NCBI RefSeq assembly: GCF_030997045.1
Contig: NZ_CP116899.1
Span: forward strand, 282,111-322,110
DNA from: Microbulbifer sp. TB1203
GTDB lineage: Bacteria > Pseudomonadota > Gammaproteobacteria > Pseudomonadales > Cellvibrionaceae
Length of the DNA: 40,000 nt
Direction: 5' to 3'
The position numbers and the translations under genes were made by a program. Positions 1-8,090 of this stretch are shown here, piece after piece. Every line of letters begins with the position of its first letter. The stretch's first letter is position 1. The notes beneath the pieces were generated by a model, which worked only from the letters and a program-made list of their open reading frames with translations, did no database searches and was not told where the DNA came from.

Positions 1-106
1 GAGCGGATGAAAGATTCGCTCACCACTCTCACTTCAAAGGCCTGAGACCTATTCCCACAGGCACGCCTTTCAACCGGTATAATGGCCGGCAAATTTCACA
101 AAATTT

Positions 107-1336
107 TTGCCCGTCATGCCTTTATTTCTGCACCGGCTCCGCTATTGCTGGCTGCCCGGCCTGTTGTTGGCCGCGGTTGCGGCGCAATATTTCAATCTGC
201 TCAGTTTCCGGGGGCTGCTGCTGCCAAAACTGCCCTACCTGCTGTTGGGAATTGCCCTGTCCCTTGGGATTTTCTTCAAGTTGAGCCGGGTGGCTTTTGT
301 CGCGGCACTGCTGCTGGCGGGTTACACGGCGGTGAATTTCTTTCAGGTGATCCCCGCCGGTGAGACGGTTGTGGGTCTCGCCCTGGCATTGGCGGCGGTC
401 AATATTTCCCTGGTTTCCATCAGCGAGGACCGCAGCCCGCTAAACGGCTTCGGTGTTCTGCTGATGGCGGTTATAACCGCCCAGGGGATGGCGCTGGCCG
501 AACTGCAGCGGTGCTGCTCCGCACAGCTGGCCGGCTGGCTGCACTTCCCCGTGGGATCAATACTGCCCCCTTGGCTGCCGGATATCCTGAGACGGGTGCA
601 ATCGGAGGATCTGCTATTGATATCGGCAGCCGCGTTCGCCGGTCTGAGAGCCTTCTGGCGACCGGAGCATATCGGGGTGGGCCTGTTCGCCTGCGTGCTC
701 TTGCTGCTTGGGGCCTATTACACCGGTGCGGAGGAGGGCACCCTGGTGCTGGTGGCGGTCTCCGCCGGTCTGTTGCTGACGCTGCTGGCACTGCGCTCGG
801 CCTACGAACTGGCTTTCCGCGATGAACTTACCGGCATTCCCTCGCGCCGCGCCTACAGCCGCTATCTGCTTACGTTGGGGCGGCGCTACAGCATCGCCGT
901 GGTGGATATCGATCATTTCAAGAAGCTCAACGACCGCTATGGCCACCAGGTCGGAGACCAGGCGCTGCGCATGGTGGCCGGGCAGATCGACCGTTACGGC
1001 GGCGGCCGAGCCTTTCGCTACGGTGGTGAGGAGTTTGTGGTGGTTCTGCGCGGAGGAGATAACGAGCGCGCCAGTCGTTCCCTGGAGCGTATGCGGGAGA
1101 AAATCGCCGATTACCCCCTGCGTCTGCGCGGTGCCTCCCGTCCCCGCAAGGGTGATAGCCGTGCGCTCAGCAAGCGCGGGCAGGGTGGTGGCAAGGTGAT
1201 CAAGACCACAGTCAGTGTGGGACTGGCCAGCAGCAGCCGGGAGATGAGGTCCCCCGAGGATGTCCTCGGCGCCGCAGACCGCGCCCTGTACCGGGCCAAG
1301 CGCGGTGGACGCAACAGGGTCTGTGTGCATAAGTGA
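107..1336 (+). CDS. membrane-anchored diguanylate cyclase (GGDEF domain protein)
   Basis: 409-aa ORF. The N-terminal half is hydrophobic with multiple helices. The C-terminal GGDEF domain has DIDHFKKLNDRYGH and the RYGGEEF active-site motif. Confidence 0.85.
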   Translation: MPVMPLFLHRLRYCWLPGLLLAAVAAQYFNLLSFRGLLLPKLPYLLLGIALSLGIFFKLSRVAFVAALLLAGYTAVNFFQVIPAGETVVGLALALAAVNISLVSISEDRSPLNGFGVLLMAVITAQGMALAELQRCCSAQLAGWLHFPVGSILPPWLPDILRRVQSEDLLLISAAAFAGLRAFWRPEHIGVGLFACVLLLLGAYYTGAEEGTLVLVAVSAGLLLTLLALRSAYELAFRDELTGIPSRRAYSRYLLTLGRRYSIAVVDIDHFKKLNDRYGHQVGDQALRMVAGQIDRYGGGRAFRYGGEEFVVVLRGGDNERASRSLERMREKIADYPLRLRGASRPRKGDSRALSKRGQGGGKVIKTTVSVGLASSSREMRSPEDVLGAADRALYRAKRGGRNRVCVHK

Positions 1337-1343
1337 TTTTGAG

Positions 1344-1415
1344 ACTCGGGACTCGGGACGGTCCCCCTTCCTGTAGGAGCGGCCCATGGCCGCGATTGAT
1401 CTCGCTTCGTAGCGC
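1344..1415 (+). repeat. intergenic repeat cluster: (ACTCGGG)x2 heptamers followed by a family-A REP (cTGTAGGAGCGGCCCATGGCCGCGAT...)
   Basis: The same GTAGGAGCGGCCCATGGCCGCGAT core recurs at 4174, 4224 (inverted), 6403 (degenerate) and 16542. The heptamer is the reverse complement of the unit repeated at 16805-16846. Confidence 0.8.
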
Positions 1416-1583
1416 AGGCCAATCAGCGGCCACGGGCTCCCCTATAGAAGAGCAGGAGGTGCAAACGCCGCTGGGGAGAGAGGGGATGAACCGCAACAAA
1501 CTGGCGCCCTATTCCCGCTCGTTATTGGTTAATCCGCCACCGCCCACCATACTGCAAGGCAAGGCAGCAAAGGGAGATAGGGC

Positions 1584-2198
1584 GTGCGATTCCTCAGCCA
1601 TACCCTCGGCATCTTTATCCATCCCGGCAAAGAGTGGGAGGCCATTCGCAGTGAGCGCCACTCCTTCGCCCAGGTATTCTTCAGTCATGTGCCGATACTG
1701 GCGCTGATTCCCTGCGTCGCAGGCTATTTCGGCGTAACCCTGGTGGGTTTCCGGGTGGGCGATCACGTGGCGAGGCTGACTCCCGGCAGTGCCGCTGCCC
1801 TGGCGGTAGTGACTTATTTCTCCCTGTTGATTGGGGTCTACCTGTTCGGTGAATTCATCAACTGGATGTCCAGATCCTATGGCGTCAAGGGCGACGAACC
1901 CACGCGCCACTACGAGGGCACCGCACTGGCGGTGTTCGTGACCACACCGATCTTTCTCTCCGGTATTGTCGGTCTCTACCCGCACCTGTGGCTGAATGCC
2001 GCAGTCACCGGCCTGGCCGGAGTCTACTCCATCTACCTGATCTTCGAAGGCATCCCTATCCTGATGAACATGAGCAAGGAGCGGGCTTTTTTGTACGCCT
2101 ACTCAGTAATCACCGTCGGCCTGGTGCTGTTGGTAATAGTGCGCGTGGGGGCAGTGATTCTGTGGAGCCTGGGCATGGGGCCGGTTTATCAGAGTTGA
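1584..2198 (+). CDS. Yip1-domain integral membrane protein
   Basis: 204-aa ORF with a GTG start behind AAGGGAGA. A short soluble N-terminus (HPGKEWEAIRSE) is followed by about five hydrophobic helices, the usual layout of bacterial Yip1/DUF1282-like proteins. Confidence 0.65.
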   Translation: MRFLSHTLGIFIHPGKEWEAIRSERHSFAQVFFSHVPILALIPCVAGYFGVTLVGFRVGDHVARLTPGSAAALAVVTYFSLLIGVYLFGEFINWMSRSYGVKGDEPTRHYEGTALAVFVTTPIFLSGIVGLYPHLWLNAAVTGLAGVYSIYLIFEGIPILMNMSKERAFLYAYSVITVGLVLLVIVRVGAVILWSLGMGPVYQS

Positions 2199-2239
2199 TC
2201 AGGGGTCAATAAGCAACATGTCACTTCTTTGGCCGTCGA

Positions 2240-4135
2240 TCACCGACGGTTGTCCCCGATCACCGGTGGCATAGGGCAATCCAGGCTGTCCGCCACCGCG
2301 CGCAACAATTCGATTTCCTCCGCCGCTATCACACCGTCGTGGGTCATGGTTGCCGCCATGGCTTTCAGCAGTGCGGGTTTCTGTAGTGGTTTGATGGAGC
2401 CGGCGATGGCGATGGCCTTGTCCAGCCGCGGCAGGGTGATGTCACCCGCAGCGGGCAGCGGTGTAATGTCCAGTTGCAACGCCCTGAGTCCGGCCTCATA
2501 GGCGCGTTTGGCCGGCAGGTAGGCATCGTTTCCGGCGTGGGCCACAGCGGCGAGGATAAATCGCATGGCGTCGCCGGTGGCGGCGGACTTCGTCGAGTGC
2601 CTATGGCGGTCCGGCGCGCCTTCGAGTGCGTGCATCAATACCCGATAGAGCGACCACTCCCACAATTCCACCCGGTTGTCGCTGCGCAGCAGCTTGATCA
2701 GGTTGCGCTTGAACACCTGGTACTGCTGCGGCGCCAGCGCCTTGAGCGCCGGCACGCAGAGATCCAGCAGCGGCAGGCGCGCGGTGGCGGGCAGCGATTG
2801 GAGTTGCGGTTGCAGTTTGTGCATCTCCCGCACCACCGCAGGGTGGGCAATTTTTTGCAGCAGTTGCTGTTGCGCCTGCCGCTGTGCCTCGTCCCTGTGT
2901 AGCAGCAGGTGGTAGACCAGTGCTCGGGCCGCGAAGGGATCGCGGGCGGCCTGCTGCAGCGCCCCGGGCACCGATTGCAACAGTTGCCGGCTGTATTGCA
3001 TCTGCCGCTCGTCGGGGTTGCCGATACTGTTGTCCACGGCATCGGCCACTGTATCGAAGGGCGTGGCCGCGGTGATACCCATTACCTGGGCATCCCGCTC
3101 CGCGGACACGGCGAGCCCCGCGGCCGCTTCTTCCACCCGGGGAAAACGCCCGTTCCACTGCGGGTCCAGCCGGACGATACGCTCATCCAGTGGCGGGTGG
3201 GTGGCAAACAGATTGGCGAAGGATCGTTTCAATCCGCTGGCAAAATACATATGGCTGAATTCGGCAGCGTTGCTCGCGGAGAGCTGCGAGCCGCCGCTGT
3301 AACCGCCGATCTTTTTCAGCGCGCCGGCGATGCCGCTGTTGTCGCGGGTAAATTGCACTGCCGAGGCGTCGGCGAGAAATTCCCGCTGACGACTCACCGC
3401 CGACTTGATCAAATTGCCGAAAAAAGTTCCCGTATAGCCGATCACCGCCAGCCCGGCACCGAGCCCCAGCAATGCGGCGCGACTGCGGCTGCGGCCCGAG
3501 CCGAAGTAGCTGCCGCGCAACAGCCAATAGCCCAGCAGGCCGATAATCAGTATGCCGTTGAGCAGACCGACGATGCGGATATTCAGGCGCATATCGCCGT
3601 TGAAAATATGGCTGAACTCGTGCGCCACCACGCCCTGCAGTTCGTCGCGGCTGAGTTTTTCGATACTGCCGCGGGTCAGGCCGATCACCGCATCCGCGGG
3701 CTTGTAACCGGCGGCAAAGGCATTGATGGCGTCGTCGTCGAGAATATAGACATCCGGCACTGGAGTACCCGAGGCGATGGCCATCTCCTCCACCACATTG
3801 AGCGCGCGCTTCTCCGCAGCGCCGTGCGGGGCGATATTGATCTTGCGCCCACCGAGGGACTCGGCCACCGCCCGTCCGCCTGCGGCCAGTTGGCGCAGCT
3901 TGTAGAGGCTGCCCAGGGCAATCACTGCGGCGATTGCCAGGGCGATGGCGGCGACCGTATCCCAGCCCAGCACCTGGCCGTCTACCGGGGAAAAGGTCTG
4001 GCCGCGGGACCAGGCCACCAGCGCCGCCGCCAGCAGGGTGGTGATGGTGATCAGCGATACCACCGCCAGGGAGAAAAGCGCGACGAGCAGGGCGCTATTG
4101 CGCCGCGCGCGATCCTGGTATTCGAAGAAATTCAT
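2240..4135 (-). CDS. M48-family zinc metallopeptidase (HtpX-like) with a long C-terminal extension
   Basis: 631-aa ORF. N-terminal TM helices are followed by the HExxH motif in VVAHEFSHIFNGD, a second TM pair, and a ~300-aa helical C-terminal region. It lies directly downstream of lemA, a common pairing. Confidence 0.85.
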   Translation of the reverse strand: MNFFEYQDRARRNSALLVALFSLAVVSLITITTLLAAALVAWSRGQTFSPVDGQVLGWDTVAAIALAIAAVIALGSLYKLRQLAAGGRAVAESLGGRKINIAPHGAAEKRALNVVEEMAIASGTPVPDVYILDDDAINAFAAGYKPADAVIGLTRGSIEKLSRDELQGVVAHEFSHIFNGDMRLNIRIVGLLNGILIIGLLGYWLLRGSYFGSGRSRSRAALLGLGAGLAVIGYTGTFFGNLIKSAVSRQREFLADASAVQFTRDNSGIAGALKKIGGYSGGSQLSASNAAEFSHMYFASGLKRSFANLFATHPPLDERIVRLDPQWNGRFPRVEEAAAGLAVSAERDAQVMGITAATPFDTVADAVDNSIGNPDERQMQYSRQLLQSVPGALQQAARDPFAARALVYHLLLHRDEAQRQAQQQLLQKIAHPAVVREMHKLQPQLQSLPATARLPLLDLCVPALKALAPQQYQVFKRNLIKLLRSDNRVELWEWSLYRVLMHALEGAPDRHRHSTKSAATGDAMRFILAAVAHAGNDAYLPAKRAYEAGLRALQLDITPLPAAGDITLPRLDKAIAIAGSIKPLQKPALLKAMAATMTHDGVIAAEEIELLRAVADSLDCPMPPVIGDNRR

Positions 4136-4173
4136 TCAGGCTGAACCGATCAGGTTTGTTGGTTGTGGACTCC

Positions 4174-4250
4174 CTGTAGGAGCGGCCCATGGCCGCGATC
4201 GGCGGTGCTTCGCAGCATAGGTCGATCGCGGCCATGGGCCGCTCCTACAA
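4174..4250. repeat. family-A REP dimer (two inverted copies)
   Basis: CTGTAGGAGCGGCCCATGGCCGCGATC at 4174-4200 and its reverse complement at 4224-4250, in the lemA/M48 spacer. Confidence 0.85.
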
Positions 4251-4265
4251 GGCGAGTCAGGGGGA

Positions 4266-4874
4266 TCAAAACTCCACTTTCGGCGCGGCCTGGAAGCTCT
4301 CGGAATCGGCGAATTCCAGCAGCCTGGCATCCTCCCGGTGGCCGAAGAAGCCGGCAAAAAATACCGGCGGGAAGCTCTGCTTGTAGATGTTGTAGGACAT
4401 CACCGCATCGTTGAACGCCTGGCGGGCAAAGGCCACCTTGTTCTCCGTGCTGGTCAGCTCTTCCGTGAGCTGCATCATGTTCTGGTTGGCCTTCAGGTCC
4501 GGGTAGGCCTCCATCACCACGTTCAGGCGCCCCAGGGCGCCGGCCAGTGCGCCCTCGGCGTGGCCCAGCTCGGTGATGGCTCCGGGGCTGTCGGGATGGG
4601 CAGCGGCGGCCTTGAGGCCGGCGAGCGCGGTGTTGCGCGCACTGGTGACCGCCTCCAGGGTTTCACGCTCGTGCTTCAGGTAACCCCTGGCGGTTTCCAC
4701 CAGATTGGGAATCAGGTCGTAGCGGCGCTTCAATTGCACTTCTATCTGCGCAAAAGCGTTTTTATAGCGGTTTTTCAGCGAAACCAGTTTGTTGTAGATG
4801 CCCACCACGTAGAACATCAGCGCGGCGATGGCCACCAGCCAGACAATGGTGGAGATTTCCATAGTACTTCCCAA
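4266..4874 (-). CDS. lemA: LemA family protein
   Basis: 202-aa ORF with a single N-terminal TM anchor, then YNKLVSLKN...[18 protein letters not shown]...AYPDLKAN segments typical of the LemA family. Confidence 0.9.
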   Translation of the reverse strand: MGSTMEISTIVWLVAIAALMFYVVGIYNKLVSLKNRYKNAFAQIEVQLKRRYDLIPNLVETARGYLKHERETLEAVTSARNTALAGLKAAAAHPDSPGAITELGHAEGALAGALGRLNVVMEAYPDLKANQNMMQLTEELTSTENKVAFARQAFNDAVMSYNIYKQSFPPVFFAGFFGHREDARLLEFADSESFQAAPKVEF

Positions 4875-5087
4875 AAAAAATGATTGTGTGTCCGGTGCCG
4901 ATATTAACTCAAGTTTTGGGTTCAGCGGGAACCAGAGAGGTGTGGCTCTGTGTCACATCAGGGCGTAGAAACTTGGGTCATCCCTACTGTCAAAGGCGGA
5001 TATCGGGGGAGGAGCCTCCTTCGGTTATAATGCTGATCGCAATAACGACAGGCGGCTGGGCCGCCAATAGATTTGGGAGAGGCCGGT

Positions 5088-6278
5088 ATGAGTGATGTAA
5101 CTTCAGATCCCGTAGTGATAGTCGGAATGGCGCGCACGCCCATGGGCGCCATGCAGGGTGCCCTGGCGGGAGCCAGCGCGCCGGAACTGGGCGCCGCCGC
5201 CATTCGCGGGGCCCTGGAAGACGCGGGCGTGGCGCCCGCGGACGTGGACGAGGTACTGATGGGCTGCGTGCTGCCCGCGGGGCTGGGCCAGGCGCCGGCG
5301 CGCCAGGCGGCGCTGGGCGCGGGCATTCCGGAAGGGGTTCCCTGCAGCACCGTAAACAAGGTGTGCGGCTCGGGCATGAAGACCGTGATGATGGCTCGGG
5401 ACGCGCTGTTGCTGGGCGAGGGCAGGGTGATCGTGGCCGGCGGCATGGAGAGTATGAGCAACGCCCCCTATCTACTGCCCAAGGCCCGCGGCGGCATGCG
5501 TCTGGGGCACGGCGAAGTGCTGGATCACATGTTTCTCGACGGCCTGGAAAATGCCTACGACGGCAAGCTGATGGGCAGCTTCGCCGAGGCCACCGCGGAC
5601 AAGTACGGATTTACCCGCGAGGAGCAGGACAACTTTGCCCTGGAGTCTTTGGCCCGTGCCCAGGCGGCCATCGAGAACGGCGCCTTCGAGCGGGAAATCG
5701 CCCCGGTCACCGTGCACTCCCGCCGCGGCGACCTGGAGGTGAAAGTGGATGAGGGCCCCGGCAGCGCTCGCCCGGACAAGATCCCGCAATTGAAGCCCGC
5801 GTTCCGCAAGGACGGCACTGTCACGGCCGCCAATTCCAGCTCCATTTCCGACGGCGCCGCGGCGCTGGTGCTGATGCGCCAGAGCGAGGCCGAGGCCCGC
5901 GGCCTGAAAGTGCTCGCGGTACTGCGTGGCCAGGCCCAGCACGCGCAGCAGCCGGAGTGGTTCACCACCGCGCCTGTGGCGGCGATGCAGAGACTGCTGG
6001 GCAACACCGGCTGGTCCCCGGACGAGGTGGACCTGTTCGAGATCAACGAGGCCTTCGCAGTGGTCACCATGTCCACCATGCGCGAACTGAACCTGCCCCA
6101 TGAAAAGGTCAACGTCAACGGCGGCGCCTGCGCCCTGGGCCACCCGCTGGGCGCCAGCGGTGCGCGGATTATCGTCACCCTGCTGGCGGCGATGGAAAAG
6201 CGCGACCTGAAAAAGGGCGTTGCCAGCCTGTGTATCGGCGGCGGCGAGGCCACGGCGGTGGCCATTGAGCGCGTTTAA
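5088..6278 (+). CDS. acetyl-CoA C-acetyltransferase (thiolase)
   Basis: ATG at 5088 follows GGGAGAGG (the track ORF starts at an upstream TTG, 5073). Thiolase signatures are VNKVCGSGMK (active Cys), NVNGGACALGHPLGASGARI and CIGGGEA. Confidence 0.9.
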   Translation: MSDVTSDPVVIVGMARTPMGAMQGALAGASAPELGAAAIRGALEDAGVAPADVDEVLMGCVLPAGLGQAPARQAALGAGIPEGVPCSTVNKVCGSGMKTVMMARDALLLGEGRVIVAGGMESMSNAPYLLPKARGGMRLGHGEVLDHMFLDGLENAYDGKLMGSFAEATADKYGFTREEQDNFALESLARAQAAIENGAFEREIAPVTVHSRRGDLEVKVDEGPGSARPDKIPQLKPAFRKDGTVTAANSSSISDGAAALVLMRQSEAEARGLKVLAVLRGQAQHAQQPEWFTTAPVAAMQRLLGNTGWSPDEVDLFEINEAFAVVTMSTMRELNLPHEKVNVNGGACALGHPLGASGARIIVTLLAAMEKRDLKKGVASLCIGGGEATAVAIERV

Positions 6279-6305
6279 CTTCCGCTCAATCTAAATAAGT
6301 CCATT

Positions 6306-6378
6306 TCGTCACTCCGGCGTAAGCCGGAGTCCAGAGGAAATCGCGGATTTCTGGATTCCGGCCTTCGCCGGAATGACG
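6306..6378. repeat. family-B MITE-like palindromic element (TCGTCAyTCCGGCG...CGCCGGAATGACG)
   Basis: Terminal inverted repeats of about 13-17 nt enclose nested hairpins. Related copies are at 10971-11067 and 39449-39516. Confidence 0.75.
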
Positions 6379-6402
6379 TTAATCAGAGACTCCTTAGCAC
6401 TT

Positions 6403-6428
6403 TGTAGGAGCGGCCCAACCGCGATCGA
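6403..6428 (+). repeat. degenerate family-A REP
   Basis: TGTAGGAGCGGCCCAACCGCGATCGAT, a family-A core with a small internal deletion. Confidence 0.6.
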
Positions 6429-6461
6429 TAGAGGAAATCAAGCCTGCAAATTGTGCGGACG

Positions 6462-7052
6462 TCAGTCGATGTATTCCACGGCTTTGACCACCTTCTGCAC
6501 CCCGCCAATACCGCGGGTCACATCCGCCGCCCGTTCCGCCTCGGCGCGGGTCAGCAGTCCCATCAGGTAGACCACACCGTTTTCGGTGATCACCTTGATG
6601 CGGCCGCTGTCGATCTCATCGTTGGCCAACAGCACGCTTTTGACCTTGGTGGTCAGCCAGGCGTCGCTGGAACTGGCCAGCAGGGAGACGTTGCCGCGCA
6701 CCTGGATCTCGTTGTACACCTGGCGCACGTTTTGCACCTGTTGTGCCGTGCGTCCGGCCAGCAGGCGCAGTTCGTTGTCCGGGACCTGGCCGGTGAGCAG
6801 CACGACACCGTTGAAGGCATTGACGTTGATATTCGATGCCTTCAGGTCCGGATGCGCCTTGTTGATATTGACGGTGGTGACGGTCTCCATTTTCTGGTCA
6901 TCCATATAGGTGCCCAGGGAGCGTTTGCCCGGATCCTGTTGGATGGGGCCGTCGTGGGTGGCCTCCAGCACTGTGGTGCAGCCGGCCAGTGTAGCGGCCA
7001 GTGCAAGGGCGGTGAAAAGAGTCGTTTTGCGGGTAGTGTGGATTTTATGCAT
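6462..7052 (-). CDS. dolP: BON-domain outer-membrane lipoprotein DolP/YraP
   Basis: 196-aa ORF with lipobox LAGC|T and two BON domains. It aligns by eye along its length with E. coli YraP and has the conserved position next to diaA-yraN-lpoA. Confidence 0.85.
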   Translation of the reverse strand: MHKIHTTRKTTLFTALALAATLAGCTTVLEATHDGPIQQDPGKRSLGTYMDDQKMETVTTVNINKAHPDLKASNINVNAFNGVVLLTGQVPDNELRLLAGRTAQQVQNVRQVYNEIQVRGNVSLLASSSDAWLTTKVKSVLLANDEIDSGRIKVITENGVVYLMGLLTRAEAERAADVTRGIGGVQKVVKAVEYID

Positions 7053-7055
7053 GGT

Positions 7056-7646
7056 TCAGTCCTCGTAGCCACCGAACAGGCTGCTGTCGATCAGATCGCA
7101 CAGACAGAAAATGGTTAACAGGTGTACCTGGTGTACCTCGGCCGCAACTTCGGAAGGTACACGCAGCTCGATATCGTGGGTATCCAACAGGGCTGCACAG
7201 TCGCCGCCGTCGCCGCCGGTGAGGGCGAGTATGCCCATATCCCGGTCGCGAGCGGCGCGCACGGCCTGCACCAGGTTGGAGTCGCGGCCGTCCCCGCTGA
7301 CGATTACCAGCAGGTCGCCGGGCTGTCCCAGCGCGCGCACCGGCCGCGCAAAGGATTCCGCGCGGCCGTGATTGCGCGCCACCGTGCCGATGGAGACGCC
7401 GTCGCTGTTCAGCGCGATGGCGGGCAGCCCCGGGCGCTCGCGCTGGAAACCGCCTATCAGCTGTGAACAGAAACTCTGTGCCAGGGCGCCGCTCACGCCG
7501 TTGCCGCAGAGCAGCAGTTTGTTCTCCGCCAGCAGCGTGTGCACCACCATATCGCTGGCCTCGGCAATCAGCGGGGCGAGCAGTTCGCCGGCGTTCATGG
7601 TGGCTTCCAGGCTGCGGTGGAAGAGGGTTACAACTCGCTGTTCCAT
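7056..7646 (-). CDS. diaA: SIS-domain DnaA initiator-associating protein DiaA (phosphoheptose-isomerase-like)
   Basis: The start is taken at the internal ATG (MEQRVVTLF...) behind AAGGAA, giving 196 aa. It contains LLCGNG, RPGLPAIALN and HLLTIFCLCDLID, colinear with E. coli DiaA. Confidence 0.85.
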   Translation of the reverse strand: MEQRVVTLFHRSLEATMNAGELLAPLIAEASDMVVHTLLAENKLLLCGNGVSGALAQSFCSQLIGGFQRERPGLPAIALNSDGVSIGTVARNHGRAESFARPVRALGQPGDLLVIVSGDGRDSNLVQAVRAARDRDMGILALTGGDGGDCAALLDTHDIELRVPSEVAAEVHQVHLLTIFCLCDLIDSSLFGGYED

Positions 7647-7659
7647 TATTTCCTTTATC

Positions 7660-7724
7660 GGCGAACACAGAGTTCGCCTGCATTTATTCTGAACCCGGGC
7701 CGAACACAAGGTTCGCCCCTACGG
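7660..7724. repeat. two family-C REP hairpins (GGCGAACacagaGTTCGCC; GGGCCGAACacaagGTTCGCCCCTACgg)
   Basis: Read on the minus strand the second copy is ccGTAGGGGCGAACCTTGTGTTCGGCCC. Its TAG is the yraN stop codon (7719-7721). Confidence 0.8.
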
Positions 7725-8090
7725 GGCTCCGAAGGCGTTGGTTATCCACTGGATGTTTCCGGCATCGCCCTCGATGGCGACGACATCGAAGCGGCAGGGG
7801 CAATCCAGCTTGTGCTGTTGCAAATAATTATCCGCGGCGGCCAGCAGTTTGCGCTGCTTGCGGTGGTCCACCGTGGCTCCGGCGGAGCCGTAGCGACTGT
7901 TGCGGCGGTAGCGCACTTCCACGAACACCAGGGTGTCGCCGTCGCGGGCGATCAGGTCGATTTCGCCCCGGCGGCAGCGGTAGTTGCGCGCTTCCAGTTT
8001 GAGCCCGGCGCGTTGCAGGTGACGCGCCGCGGCCTCCTCCATCTGTGCACCCACATTGCCTGTGGCCGCGGGGCGGTCAAAAAGTTTCAC
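7719..8090 (-). CDS. yraN: YraN family (UPF0102) endonuclease-like protein
   Basis: 123-aa ORF with GEIDLIA...LVFVEVRYR...KQRKL motifs of UPF0102. It overlaps the lpoA stop by 14 nt. Confidence 0.85.
   Translation of the reverse strand: MKLFDRPAATGNVGAQMEEAAARHLQRAGLKLEARNYRCRRGEIDLIARDGDTLVFVEVRYRRNSRYGSAGATVDHRKQRKLLAAADNYLQQHKLDCPCRFDVVAIEGDAGNIQWITNAFGAP

Noticed and set aside
1-45. A possible 3' end of an upstream plus-strand gene (frame 1 stop at 43-45).
   Set aside because: Only 14 codons are visible, too little sequence to support any call.
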